A stretch of 32,000 nucleotides of DNA from Nitrosopumilus maritimus SCM1 (GTDB taxonomy: Archaea; Thermoproteota; Nitrososphaeria; Nitrososphaerales; Nitrosopumilaceae), in assembly GCF_000018465.1 (NCBI RefSeq), contig NC_010085.1, positions 930,001 to 962,000 on the forward strand, written 5' to 3'. Both the position numbers and the translations under genes were made by a program. The notes beneath the pieces were generated by a model. The model was not told where the DNA came from, did no database searches, and worked only from the letters and a program-made list of their open reading frames with translations. Shown here piece after piece: positions 1 through 8,826 of this stretch (positions are counted from its first letter, which is position 1; the number at the start of each line of letters is the position of its first letter).

Positions 1-3
1 TGA

Positions 4-168
4 AAATATTACAAGGAGATTTTTGAGGGCTTAAATCAAAATGTTTTTCATTGGCAAAAAATGTCATTTTCATGTATCGTAGCAAATCATCATATTCAAG
101 AAATCATGCTGCTTAAAGAAAATAAGCTCCAAGAACTAAAATCACTCACTCTGTTCAAAAAATGCTAA
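4..168 (+). CDS. possible 3' end of a short ORF (no clear start), hypothetical
   Basis: Frame open from base 4 to TAA at 166-168, reading KYYKEIFEGLNQNVFHWQKMSFSCIVANHHIQEIMLLKENKLQELKSLTLFKKC; TGA at 1-3 in the same frame; no family recognised. Confidence 0.15.
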   Translation, partial: KYYKEIFEGLNQNVFHWQKMSFSCIVANHHIQEIMLLKENKLQELKSLTLFKKC

Positions 169-184
169 TTTGACAAAATACAGT

Positions 185-322
185 ATGAGCATACATGAAA
201 AAAACAAAGAATTTTACAAAAACTGTACACAATATTTTGAATTCTTGCGTAAAATTGGAAGAACAGACTATGAGTTTGAAGATGAGTACTATTTTACCAT
301 GCCTGCAATATCTAACAGTTAG
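185..322 (+). CDS. small hypothetical protein, 45 aa, acidic/aromatic
   Basis: ATG at 185, TAG at 320-322; MSIHEKNKEFYKNCTQYFEFLRKIGRTDYEFEDEYYFTMPAISNS; below the 60-aa cutoff of the track. Confidence 0.35.
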   Translation: MSIHEKNKEFYKNCTQYFEFLRKIGRTDYEFEDEYYFTMPAISNS

Positions 323-362
323 AGACCAGAAGACTTAGGAATACCTCCAAGTTCCATAGCAT

Positions 363-1784
363 ATGGATACCCAACTAGAAGAATTTGCAGATTATGCCAT
401 AAAATATGCAGATGATGCAAAAGTGCAGTATTGTGACATAAGATCTGAAGAACAAGAAAGAGTATCAATACTAATTGAAAATGGAGAAACAGAACACGTT
501 AGAACAATTAATGATTCAGGAATTGGAATAAGATTAGTAAAAGATGGGACATGGAGTTTTTGTTCAATTACAAATCCAGAATCAAAAGAGCAAGTAAGAA
601 AAGCAATTGACAGTTCCATTAAAAATTCAATGCATTATGCAAAAAACAAAAAAGAATCATTTTCACTTTATCCAAATAAAAGCATTCAAAAAAAGATAGA
701 CTACCATACAGAACAAAAACCAAACTTAGAGGAATTAATCAAAATAGGCACAATATGTAACAAAATCATTTCAGATACTCCAAAAATTATCAAATCAATA
801 GTAAATCCATGGTATACAAATAACTCAAAATATTTTGCAAACAGTGAAGGCTCAAAAATTTCACAGAATTTTTCAGATGTTGTAATTGATATGGTTGCTA
901 TTGCACACGAATCAGGATTAACTCAATCAGTAAACATAACAGAAGGTGGTAGAGGTGGCATAGAACAAATTACTAAAGGAGACAAAGCACAAAACAGCGC
1001 ACAAGAGATTGCAAAAAAGGCATCGAAATTATTATCAGCAAAACCTGCAAAAGAAGAAAAAGCCACCGTGGTTATGAATCCAGATTTTGTTTCATTACTC
1101 ACACACGAAATATTGGGTCACCCATCAGAGGCAGACAGAGTTTTAGGAAAAGAGATGGCATGGGCAGGAGGAGCATGGTGGAAAGGAAAAATTGGAGAAA
1201 AAATTGGTTCTGAGCATCTAAATGTCTTTGATGATCCTACAATTGAAGAGAGTTTAGGATGGTATCTTTTTGATGATGAGGGAGTTCAAACAAAAAAGAC
1301 AACTCTAGTAGAAGAAGGAGTTTTGAAGAATCATATGCAAAATAGAGAGACAGGGAAAATTTTCAATGAAGAACCCACTGGAAATATGAGGGCAACAAAC
1401 TATCGATTCATGCCATTGATTCGAATGGCATGCACATGTATTGAAAATGGAGACTGGGATGTAGATGAAATGATTAAAGAAGTAAAAAACGGATATTTGA
1501 TTTCAAACATGAAGATTCCATCAATTGATATGAAGAGATACAATTGGAGCATATCTTGTCAATATGCACAAAAAATTGAGAATGGAGAAGTGACTGACTT
1601 GCTTAGAGATGTCATTGTTATGGGAACTGCGCCAGAATTTTTCCAATCAATTGACGCATGTGGAAATGACTTTACAGTAAGACCAATTACAAATTGTGGA
1701 AAAGGAGATCCGATGCAGTCAATGATCATGGGAAATGGAGGACCTTCTATTAGAGGGGTTGCAACAGTAAAGAGTGTGAACTAG
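363..1784 (+). CDS. tldD: TldD/PmbA family metalloprotease
   Basis: 473 aa; HEILGH (HExxxH) metal-binding motif in LLTHEILGHPSEADRV; C-terminal glycine-rich NCGKGDPMQSMIMGNGGPSIRGV typical of TldD/PmbA. Confidence 0.9.
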   Translation: MDTQLEEFADYAIKYADDAKVQYCDIRSEEQERVSILIENGETEHVRTINDSGIGIRLVKDGTWSFCSITNPESKEQVRKAIDSSIKNSMHYAKNKKESFSLYPNKSIQKKIDYHTEQKPNLEELIKIGTICNKIISDTPKIIKSIVNPWYTNNSKYFANSEGSKISQNFSDVVIDMVAIAHESGLTQSVNITEGGRGGIEQITKGDKAQNSAQEIAKKASKLLSAKPAKEEKATVVMNPDFVSLLTHEILGHPSEADRVLGKEMAWAGGAWWKGKIGEKIGSEHLNVFDDPTIEESLGWYLFDDEGVQTKKTTLVEEGVLKNHMQNRETGKIFNEEPTGNMRATNYRFMPLIRMACTCIENGDWDVDEMIKEVKNGYLISNMKIPSIDMKRYNWSISCQYAQKIENGEVTDLLRDVIVMGTAPEFFQSIDACGNDFTVRPITNCGKGDPMQSMIMGNGGPSIRGVATVKSVN

Positions 1785-2375
1785 ATGAACCAGTTAGAGA
1801 CAATAAAACAGAATGTGATTAAATGTACAAAATGTGATTTGTATAAAACAAGAACAAATTCAGTTCCAGGTAAAGGTAATTTTCAATCAGACGTGATATT
1901 TGTTGGGGAGGCACCTGGAAGAAACGAGGATAAGAATGGAGAGCCATTTGTAGGTGCAGCAGGAAAGAAACTTTCTGCAGCATTAGAAGGGGCAGGAGTT
2001 TCTAGAGAGGATGTATACATTACCAATGTTGTAAAATGTAGACCTCCAAACAACAGAGTACCAAATACGAACGAAAGAGACACGTGTAAAGAGTATCTAA
2101 AAAATGAAATTTTAATAATCAAACCAAAAATTATTTGTGTTTTAGGAAATACAGCATTTAATTCAGTTCTAGGCGGTTCAGAGATTACAAAATTCAGAGG
2201 AAAATTAGTGAGAAAAGATAACCAATTGTATTTTTTGACAATTCATCCTGCTGCAACAATATACAATCAAGAATTAATCTCCACATTAAATGAAGATATT
2301 AAAAAACTCTTTAATTTAATCACAGAGTTAAAAAACAACAAAATAGTTTCAATTGATATTGAATACACTTCCTAG
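1785..2375 (+). CDS. type-4 uracil-DNA glycosylase (Fe-S)
   Basis: CTKCDLYKTR N-terminus, VGEAPGRNEDKNGEPFVGAAGK, YITNVVKCRPPNNRVP and LTIHPAA motifs of UDG family 4. Confidence 0.92.
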   Translation: MNQLETIKQNVIKCTKCDLYKTRTNSVPGKGNFQSDVIFVGEAPGRNEDKNGEPFVGAAGKKLSAALEGAGVSREDVYITNVVKCRPPNNRVPNTNERDTCKEYLKNEILIIKPKIICVLGNTAFNSVLGGSEITKFRGKLVRKDNQLYFLTIHPAATIYNQELISTLNEDIKKLFNLITELKNNKIVSIDIEYTS

Positions 2376-2916
2376 AAAATTTTATCTTCAAGACACAGTA
2401 ACTGTTGCAAAAAATTTGTTAGGTAAAAAAATAATCAGAAAAATAGGAAGGAATGAAATTTCAGGAATAATCACAGAGACAGAAGCTTACAAACACAAAG
2501 ACGATCCTGCAAGTCACGCATATAGAAAAATTACAGATAGAAACAAGGCAATGTTTGGCGATGTGGGAATTGCTTACGTGTATTTCACATATGGGATGTA
2601 TTACTGTTTTAATGTAGTAGCTAGAAACCCAAAAGTTGCAGCAGGAGCAGTATTGATTCGAGCAATTGAACCAGAAAAAGGAATTAAAAGAATGCAAGAA
2701 AATCGGAATAAAAAAGATTTGAAAAATCTTACAAACGGACCTGCAAAATTAACTCAAGCATTAGAAATCACTAAAGAACAATACGGCGTAGATTTGACTA
2801 AAGATTCAAAATTATACATTACCAAAGGAATAGAGGTAAAAAAAATAACTTCATCACCTAGAATAGGAATCAAAGAGGCAACAGACAAGTTATGGAATTT
2901 TAAGATAAATATCTAA
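2353..2916 (+). CDS. 3-methyladenine DNA glycosylase, AAG/Mpg type
   Basis: AKNLLGKKIIRK, ETEAYKHKDDPASHAY, MFGDVGIAYVYFTYGMYYCFNVV and GPAKLTQAL motifs; TTG start at 2353 (or 2359) overlapping the upstream UDG gene. Confidence 0.92.
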   Translation: MILNTLPRKFYLQDTVTVAKNLLGKKIIRKIGRNEISGIITETEAYKHKDDPASHAYRKITDRNKAMFGDVGIAYVYFTYGMYYCFNVVARNPKVAAGAVLIRAIEPEKGIKRMQENRNKKDLKNLTNGPAKLTQALEITKEQYGVDLTKDSKLYITKGIEVKKITSSPRIGIKEATDKLWNFKINI

Positions 2917-3545
2917 TCTTTGTTGTTTTCATCTAATGTCCAAGGAGCAAATTTACCAAGAATTCTTTGCCAGTCTAATCTCAAAAGTAAAACTACAACT
3001 GCAGTCATCATGGCTCCAAAAGCAATAATTCCAATGTAAACAGGAGTTGCATCATCAATGTTTTCAAGGAATGGCTCAACTAAAGACAATCCAAGATAAT
3101 GAGAAACAAAAACAATGGTATAACTTAGAACAAATTTTCCAGTCAATGTAGCTATAAAGAATCGTTTTGGATTGTATTTTGCAAGTCCTAATGGAACATA
3201 GACTAAATCATCAGGAATGGGGGTTGCAGCTGCAAAGAATGCAGCACCTGCACCATATCTTTTTACTAATCTCTCAAAAGGTCTCATTCTTTTTCTAGTT
3301 TCTTCTTTGATAATTCTTCGTCCACCATAACTTACATAGAATATGATTTGTTTTGCAACAGTAGCAGTAACTGCAGATAAAATTGCCAAGACATGCAGAT
3401 CAAATTGATCACCAACAGACATGGTAGCTAACAACAAGAATCCAGGTAAAGGAACAAAGGGAACAAGTGAGCCAAAAAAATTAACTAGTGCTAAGCTAAG
3501 ATAACCTACTTCAGGTGCAAATGGAAAAAGATCAACAAAATCCAC
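2913..3545 (-). CDS. DedA/VTT-domain (SNARE-associated) membrane protein
   Basis: Hydrophobic multi-TM; PFVPLPGFLLLATMSVG...FYVSYGGRR and AAATPIPDDLVYVPLG motifs of the VTT family. Confidence 0.75.
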   Translation of the reverse strand: MDFVDLFPFAPEVGYLSLALVNFFGSLVPFVPLPGFLLLATMSVGDQFDLHVLAILSAVTATVAKQIIFYVSYGGRRIIKEETRKRMRPFERLVKRYGAGAAFFAAATPIPDDLVYVPLGLAKYNPKRFFIATLTGKFVLSYTIVFVSHYLGLSLVEPFLENIDDATPVYIGIIAFGAMMTAVVVLLLRLDWQRILGKFAPWTLDENNKD

Positions 3546-3634
3546 TATTCAGACTGTTTTCACGTATTATTTAATCAAAACTAGATGAGAAAACGTGACA
3601 TCATTAAAATATCATCTTTTATCAACCTCAATAA

Positions 3635-4009
3635 ATGAAACAAAACGATTGCAGAGACGTATGTGATACAATAGCAACAATTAGCCCATACATTAGATTT
3701 GTAGGTGTAATTGGAGAAAGTGGCGAATTGTTGGCATATAAAAGAAGACAAGATTTGGTGCCTTTATTGAATGAGAAAAATACACAGTATCAATTTTCAC
3801 ATATTGCCATAAAGACGGATTTGGAGGGGTTTTTTGATAAAAACCTAGGTGAGATTGAATTTGTATGGGAGGAACGCAAAAAGGTTCAGACCATATCATT
3901 TGCAATCAAAAAGCAGAGGGTTTGGATTTCAATTGATAAAAAAGTAATTAGATCAGAGATGCTCAGGATTATTGATGCCTGCCTGCCAATTGTAAAAAAA
4001 TATTCATAG
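3635..4009 (+). CDS. hypothetical protein, roadblock/DUF-like small protein common in Thaumarchaeota
   Basis: 124 aa ORF, RFVGVIGESGELLAYKRR; family assignment tentative. Confidence 0.55.
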   Translation: MKQNDCRDVCDTIATISPYIRFVGVIGESGELLAYKRRQDLVPLLNEKNTQYQFSHIAIKTDLEGFFDKNLGEIEFVWEERKKVQTISFAIKKQRVWISIDKKVIRSEMLRIIDACLPIVKKYS

Positions 4010-4012
4010 AAA

Positions 4013-4108
4013 TTGAAATGCCCATATTGTGAGATTGATTTAGACTCACTTAGTATGACAGATGGATTGAAACATGTTTTAGAGCATAAAAAAGAAAATC
4101 AAGATTAA
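4013..4108 (+). CDS. possible C2H2 zinc-finger microprotein or read-through/relict C-terminal finger
   Basis: TTG(4013)..TAA(4108), 31 codons: LKCPYCEIDLDSLSMTDGLKHVLEHKKENQD; CxxC-x14-HxxxH; same frame as the preceding ORF and one codon past its TAG. Confidence 0.4.
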   Translation: MKCPYCEIDLDSLSMTDGLKHVLEHKKENQD

Positions 4109-4139
4109 GTTTTTTGTATAACTTGAATCATTAAACAAT

Positions 4140-4433
4140 ATGGAAGAACCTGATGAAATTCAGAAATTAATTGATGAGATCAGTTTTCGAAAAGCAAATT
4201 CCAAGGATTACAAGAATATGAAAGTCGAGGAAATTAGTAAAGAGCTCAAAGATGTGATGGAATTTGAAAGAGAGTCTTTTAAAAAAATTGAAGAATTTGA
4301 AAAAACACAGGACAATCCAGATTTAATCCAATATGCCAAGATGATTTGTAAAAACACCACACAAAGAGAGATTACACAGATTCAAGAAGTATATCTAGAA
4401 AAAATTGATGAGGAATACATAAAATCAAAATGA
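4140..4433 (+). CDS. hypothetical protein, charged, coiled-coil-like
   Basis: 97 aa ORF, high Glu/Lys content, no family recognised; start uncertain. Confidence 0.5.
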   Translation: MEEPDEIQKLIDEISFRKANSKDYKNMKVEEISKELKDVMEFERESFKKIEEFEKTQDNPDLIQYAKMICKNTTQREITQIQEVYLEKIDEEYIKSK

Positions 4434-4516
4434 GTTTCTAAAAATCATCTTTTACCTGAATCAAAAAACAAATCCATTTCAAGTCTTACAGACAACCTCA
4501 AATATCCATCCAAATA

Positions 4517-5347
4517 ATGACTTTTATGAATATCAAAAGAGTAGTCTGGTTTTTTGTTTTTATGGGAATATACTCTTTGATCTTTCAAATCGGTTCAATG
4601 TCAGAACCAACAAGAGAAGAAGTAGAAGTATTCATGGAAGAATTTGAAAATGTCACAGAAGACATTGATGCCATAGGATTATTTGTTCACAATACAACAC
4701 TATCACTTCCAATGTTCATTCCAGGAATTGGTGTAGCATGGGGATTATTTTCAGCTTGGTCAACAGGATATGCATTTGCCAATATAGCTGCAATCACACC
4801 AGGGCTTGCAGAAACCCCAGCATTTTCAATTCTATATTATTCCCCTTACGGATTTATGGAAATTGTAGCCTATTCTCTTGGTATTTCAAGAGGTTTTATC
4901 CTAATTGTAGGAATCATCAAAAAGAATAATCTCAAGTCGTTGTTAAAACCAACAGGGGCAGAAATTGCCATAGTCATAGGCCTGTTACTAGCAGGAGGAT
5001 TCTTGGAGCATTATATGATAGAATCAGAAGGAAGTAATCCAGAGATTTCTAAAGAAGATGAACCAGTTACATATTCATCAGAATTACCAAAAGCTTGTGA
5101 CGGAGTAACCAGTGTAGAGACTCAACTTCATCCTACAGGTGAAGAATGTGTGAAATTGCTTAATGAGCAAATTTTTGTTTATTGTTTGTCTGAAAATAAT
5201 GAAGATGAATCTATTGCTCAAGGTTGTAGAGCAAAAGCACTAATGCAAATGGATCAAAATTGTAAGGGAAATGAACAATCACCTTACAACACATGTATGA
5301 TGACAGAATTAAAACAGGCATATCAGAACATGGTTCCTAACCAATAA
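4517..5347 (+). CDS. SpoIIM-like (stage II sporulation protein M family) membrane protein with Cys-rich C-terminal tail
   Basis: Several TM helices; FVHNTTLSLPMFIPGIGVAWGLFSAWSTGY and YYSPYGFMEIVAYSLGISRG resemble the SpoIIM pattern; tail with six Cys. Confidence 0.7.
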   Translation: MTFMNIKRVVWFFVFMGIYSLIFQIGSMSEPTREEVEVFMEEFENVTEDIDAIGLFVHNTTLSLPMFIPGIGVAWGLFSAWSTGYAFANIAAITPGLAETPAFSILYYSPYGFMEIVAYSLGISRGFILIVGIIKKNNLKSLLKPTGAEIAIVIGLLLAGGFLEHYMIESEGSNPEISKEDEPVTYSSELPKACDGVTSVETQLHPTGEECVKLLNEQIFVYCLSENNEDESIAQGCRAKALMQMDQNCKGNEQSPYNTCMMTELKQAYQNMVPNQ

Positions 5348-5437
5348 TGATAATTTAGTATCAAATTACTTTCTCGAAATAGCACATTCAGAAAAAATTA
5401 TCATAATATCTTAATTAAAATCAAAAATGTTATTTGT

Positions 5438-6661
5438 TTGACTTATGTTGTAGTTATTATGGATTTTACAGCATCTCTACGACTAATCCATGCAAATTTC
5501 TTCTTTGTAGATATAGTTGGGCTATCAGATACATCAATGTCGACTAAAACTCAGATAAAAAAAATTGAAACTTTGAATAAATGTATTTCAGACTGCAAAT
5601 CATTCCAATCAGTTCCAATAGATTCACTACTTCTTTTACCAACAGGAGATGGCTGCTGTATTGGATTTTTGCAAGGACCAGAATTACCATTGTTGCTTGC
5701 AATAGAACTACATGAGAAATTAGCACAATACAATAAAGCAAAGATTCCAAGTGAAACAGTTAGGGTAAGAATCGGATTACATAGTGGTAACTGTTTTCTA
5801 GTAAATGACTTACTTGGTCAAAGAAACACATGGGGACCAGGAATTATCTATGCAAGAAGAGTTATGGACTTTGGAGATGATGGACATATTCTCCTATCTC
5901 CATCACTAGCTGAAGATTTACGTTCGTTATCAGACGAATATAGAGAAGTCATCAAACCAGTTCACGATGTAGTACTAAAACATGGAATGACAATGCTACT
6001 TTATTCTGCATATGGTGAAGGATTTGGAAACAAGAAACACCCAGAAAAAGGAGCATCCATGCGAAGTAAGTACGGAGAAGAAATACTTCGATTACAAAAA
6101 ACAACACTATACCCATCAATTGATTTAGTATTGTCAGTAATAGATCCAGAAAAGATGATAGTAGAACACAAAAGAACATACGAAGTTGTAAACACATCAA
6201 ATGAACCAATCAAGACAGTATTACATGGAATTGCAACAGATGTAGACATTCCAGACATTAACGACATGAACATTAACGTGTATGATGAAAAAGACAGAGA
6301 ATGTCCAATCACAAGTATTAATGTGGATAAACCAGATGTCAAAGAGTTTACTACTCAATTTAGTGAGCCAATAACAAAAGAAGACACGGGTAAAAAATAC
6401 ACTTTACAATATGCAGTAGAAGAGCCTGAAAGATATTTTGAGAATGCGTTTTTGATTGATTGTCAGAAATTCAACATGGCATTCAAATACCCTACAGGAA
6501 ATGGAATCAAGCGACCAGAGTTATTAGAAATTAACCAAGAGACAGAGGCCAAAACTCCATCAAAAATTGTACCAGAGATAAGCACAGAAGGTACTCAGGA
6601 AATCATAAAGTGGACGATGGAAGATATTCCTAAAGGGAAAACATACCGTATAGAGTGGTAA
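5438..6661 (+). CDS. class III adenylate/guanylate cyclase-like protein with C-terminal beta-rich domain
   Basis: FFVDIVGLS, LPTGDGCCIGF, VRIGLHSG, RNTWGPGIIYARRVMDFGDDGHILLSPSLAEDL; likely true start ATG at 5459. Confidence 0.75.
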   Translation: MTYVVVIMDFTASLRLIHANFFFVDIVGLSDTSMSTKTQIKKIETLNKCISDCKSFQSVPIDSLLLLPTGDGCCIGFLQGPELPLLLAIELHEKLAQYNKAKIPSETVRVRIGLHSGNCFLVNDLLGQRNTWGPGIIYARRVMDFGDDGHILLSPSLAEDLRSLSDEYREVIKPVHDVVLKHGMTMLLYSAYGEGFGNKKHPEKGASMRSKYGEEILRLQKTTLYPSIDLVLSVIDPEKMIVEHKRTYEVVNTSNEPIKTVLHGIATDVDIPDINDMNINVYDEKDRECPITSINVDKPDVKEFTTQFSEPITKEDTGKKYTLQYAVEEPERYFENAFLIDCQKFNMAFKYPTGNGIKRPELLEINQETEAKTPSKIVPEISTEGTQEIIKWTMEDIPKGKTYRIEW

Positions 6662-6666
6662 ATTTA

Positions 6667-7221
6667 CTATAACTTTGAATCATCAATCCACATTTCTTTG
6701 TGAATAAAATTTTTTGCGTCAGCATTGTATTCACTAATTATTCCATATCCGCTTTTGTTTCCAGATGCGGCATAATCAAAGTATAGTGCAGTAAAAATTT
6801 TTTCTTGTCCATCTGCTGCCTTTTTCCATTTGTCATTTGGAATGAAAAACCAATATTGTTTATCCATTCCAGGAAGCATTGGGCCTAAAGAAAATGATGA
6901 CATATCTGTTGTCTTTAATTCATCCTTTGAAGGCAATTTTGAAAACAATGCAAATTTTGCAGTAACTCCAGAAGCTGGTAACTCCCCAAAGTTTCTAACA
7001 GTTATCGAAAATTGGCAATCGCCATTTATTGAATCATCCATTTTTTTGATAGCGCCAAGATGACCTATCCAAGGACGAAAACGATATTCAGTTTGTATCC
7101 TACTTACTTCTACAGTAGATTCGAACTGTTTGACTGTCCTATACAGCAAAACAACAAGTACAATTGTGGCAGCTGCAGTAGCTATAGAACCTATTGCTTC
7201 AAAAGAAACTTCGGTCAACAT
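6667..7221 (-). CDS. hypothetical protein, single N-terminal TM helix plus soluble domain
   Basis: IGSIATAAATIVLVVLLYRTV helix followed by FRPWIGHLG...; convergent to the cyclase-like gene. Confidence 0.55.
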   Translation of the reverse strand: MLTEVSFEAIGSIATAAATIVLVVLLYRTVKQFESTVEVSRIQTEYRFRPWIGHLGAIKKMDDSINGDCQFSITVRNFGELPASGVTAKFALFSKLPSKDELKTTDMSSFSLGPMLPGMDKQYWFFIPNDKWKKAADGQEKIFTALYFDYAASGNKSGYGIISEYNADAKNFIHKEMWIDDSKL

Positions 7222-7289
7222 AATTTACAATTCAAAGTAGTATTCAAGAATATCGTTTTGACGTTTGATGAATAATAGAAATCTTGAAA

Positions 7290-8225
7290 TTATTTATCTT
7301 CATACAACCAGCATTGGACATAACCAGTCTTGGTTTTAAATTTGGGCGGAAGTTGTTTGCATTTTTCAACTGCCAAGGGACACCTGTCAATAAATCGACA
7401 TTGCGTTGGTGCGTCAAGCAAACTGGGAGGAATTCCTTTGATGTATGTTGGCTTGTTTCCTTTTAGAGTAGGAATTGACTGTAAAAGTCCTTGAGTGTAT
7501 GGATGTTTTGGATTTTTGTAAATCTCTTGAGACGAACCAAATTCTACAATCTGTCCGCCATACATAATTCCAATTTTGTCTGCAATCTCAGAAAGCACGG
7601 CTAAATCGTGCGTAATTAGCATAAATGACATGCCGGATTTTTTTAGAGATTTTAGTAGATTGATTATTTGTGCTTGAATCAACACATCAAGTGCAGTTGT
7701 TGGTTCGTCTGCAATCACAAACTTTGGTTTTAACAACAAAGCCATGGCAATTACAACTCTTTGTTTCATTCCACCGCTAAGTTCGTGAGGATATTTTTTG
7801 AGCACATTTACATCAAGATTAACAGAGTTCATTGCATCAGCAATTACCTGTTTTGAATCACCATCAAAATTATGTTGTTTTAAAATTTCAAGAAATTGAT
7901 CATTGATTGTAAAAACAGGATCAAGAGAATTCATTGCGCCCTGAAAGACCATGGAAATTTTTTTCCATCGAAATGTTTTTTCAAATGTGTTCTCATCAAC
8001 ATCCAAGATTGAATTTTCATCAAAATGGATCTTGCCTTGAGTTTTTCCACCTGCAAGCATCCTAATAATAGACAACCCCAGAGTACTCTTTCCACATGCG
8101 CTTTCACCTGCAATTCCTATTGATTCACCATCTTCTAATGTAAAATCAACATCTTCTACAGCATAAACTGGACCTTTTGATGAATCGTATCGTGATGTTA
8201 ATCCATTAACAGTTAGAAATGCCAT
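7290..8225 (-). CDS. oligopeptide/dipeptide ABC transporter ATP-binding protein (OppD/DppD type)
   Basis: Walker A GESACGKST, signature LSGGMKQRV, Walker B KFVIADEPTTALD; oligo/HPN-type C-terminus CRFIDRCPLAVEKC. Confidence 0.93.
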   Translation of the reverse strand: MAFLTVNGLTSRYDSSKGPVYAVEDVDFTLEDGESIGIAGESACGKSTLGLSIIRMLAGGKTQGKIHFDENSILDVDENTFEKTFRWKKISMVFQGAMNSLDPVFTINDQFLEILKQHNFDGDSKQVIADAMNSVNLDVNVLKKYPHELSGGMKQRVVIAMALLLKPKFVIADEPTTALDVLIQAQIINLLKSLKKSGMSFMLITHDLAVLSEIADKIGIMYGGQIVEFGSSQEIYKNPKHPYTQGLLQSIPTLKGNKPTYIKGIPPSLLDAPTQCRFIDRCPLAVEKCKQLPPKFKTKTGYVQCWLYEDK

Positions 8226-8307
8226 GTATTTTTCATATCCAAACTAGAATTTTTGTTTTGTACTAAGGGATATAAACAACTCTGTCAGAATGTAAAAAGC
8301 GATTCAA

Positions 8308-8826
8308 ATGAAACTTCCAATATGCGGCTTTGATGCAAAAAATGCAATACTTTGTCCACAATGTGAAAGCAAAGTTGAATCAGGAGAAATAACACAAGCA
8401 GATGTTGATGCATCTATAGTTTTAGCAAAAATTGCAAAATCAAATAATGAGATTGAAAACTTTACACTATATTCCTGCAAAGAATTTCAAGGAAATTTTG
8501 TACTATCCTTGGCAAAAAATGATATTATGATAATCAGACAGAGTAGAACACTATACAGATTGCTTCAAGATCAATTCAAGGGTAAAATTTGGCTAGTAGA
8601 GGCAGATGAGACAGACAAGAGATTCATAGAAGATCTCTTCTTTCCAACCAAGGTTCTTTCAATTAATTCAGTTTGGGCTCCAGGTGGAGTTCAAAAGACA
8701 AAAGCAGTGATTTCAGGCAAATGGACGCCTAGATTCCCTATTGACACAGAAAAAGTAGTAGAAATTGTAAGAAATGCCCGAAACCTTGACATTGAGATAG
8801 AATTTGAGGATAAAGGTAGGAAATAA
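8308..8826 (+). CDS. archaeal KH-domain-like/NusA-related protein with partial zinc-ribbon N-terminus
   Basis: ICGFDAKNAILCPQCESKVESGEI N-terminus, 172 aa, directly upstream of aspS. Confidence 0.55.
   Translation: MKLPICGFDAKNAILCPQCESKVESGEITQADVDASIVLAKIAKSNNEIENFTLYSCKEFQGNFVLSLAKNDIMIIRQSRTLYRLLQDQFKGKIWLVEADETDKRFIEDLFFPTKVLSINSVWAPGGVQKTKAVISGKWTPRFPIDTEKVVEIVRNARNLDIEIEFEDKGRK

Noticed and set aside
1-362. tRNA or structured ncRNA at the left edge or in other intergenic gaps
   Set aside because: No cloverleaf, GTTC-type T-loop or other recognisable RNA pattern seen by eye; gaps are AT-rich and unstructured.
392-619. Minus-strand ORF inside tldD
   Set aside because: Fully contained antisense to a well-supported conserved gene, with no domain signal.
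5544-6342. ORFs overlapping the cyclase-like gene (5544-5750, 5551-5733, 5952-6209, 6001-6342)
   Set aside because: Overlap a gene with clear class III cyclase motifs, and their translations look random.
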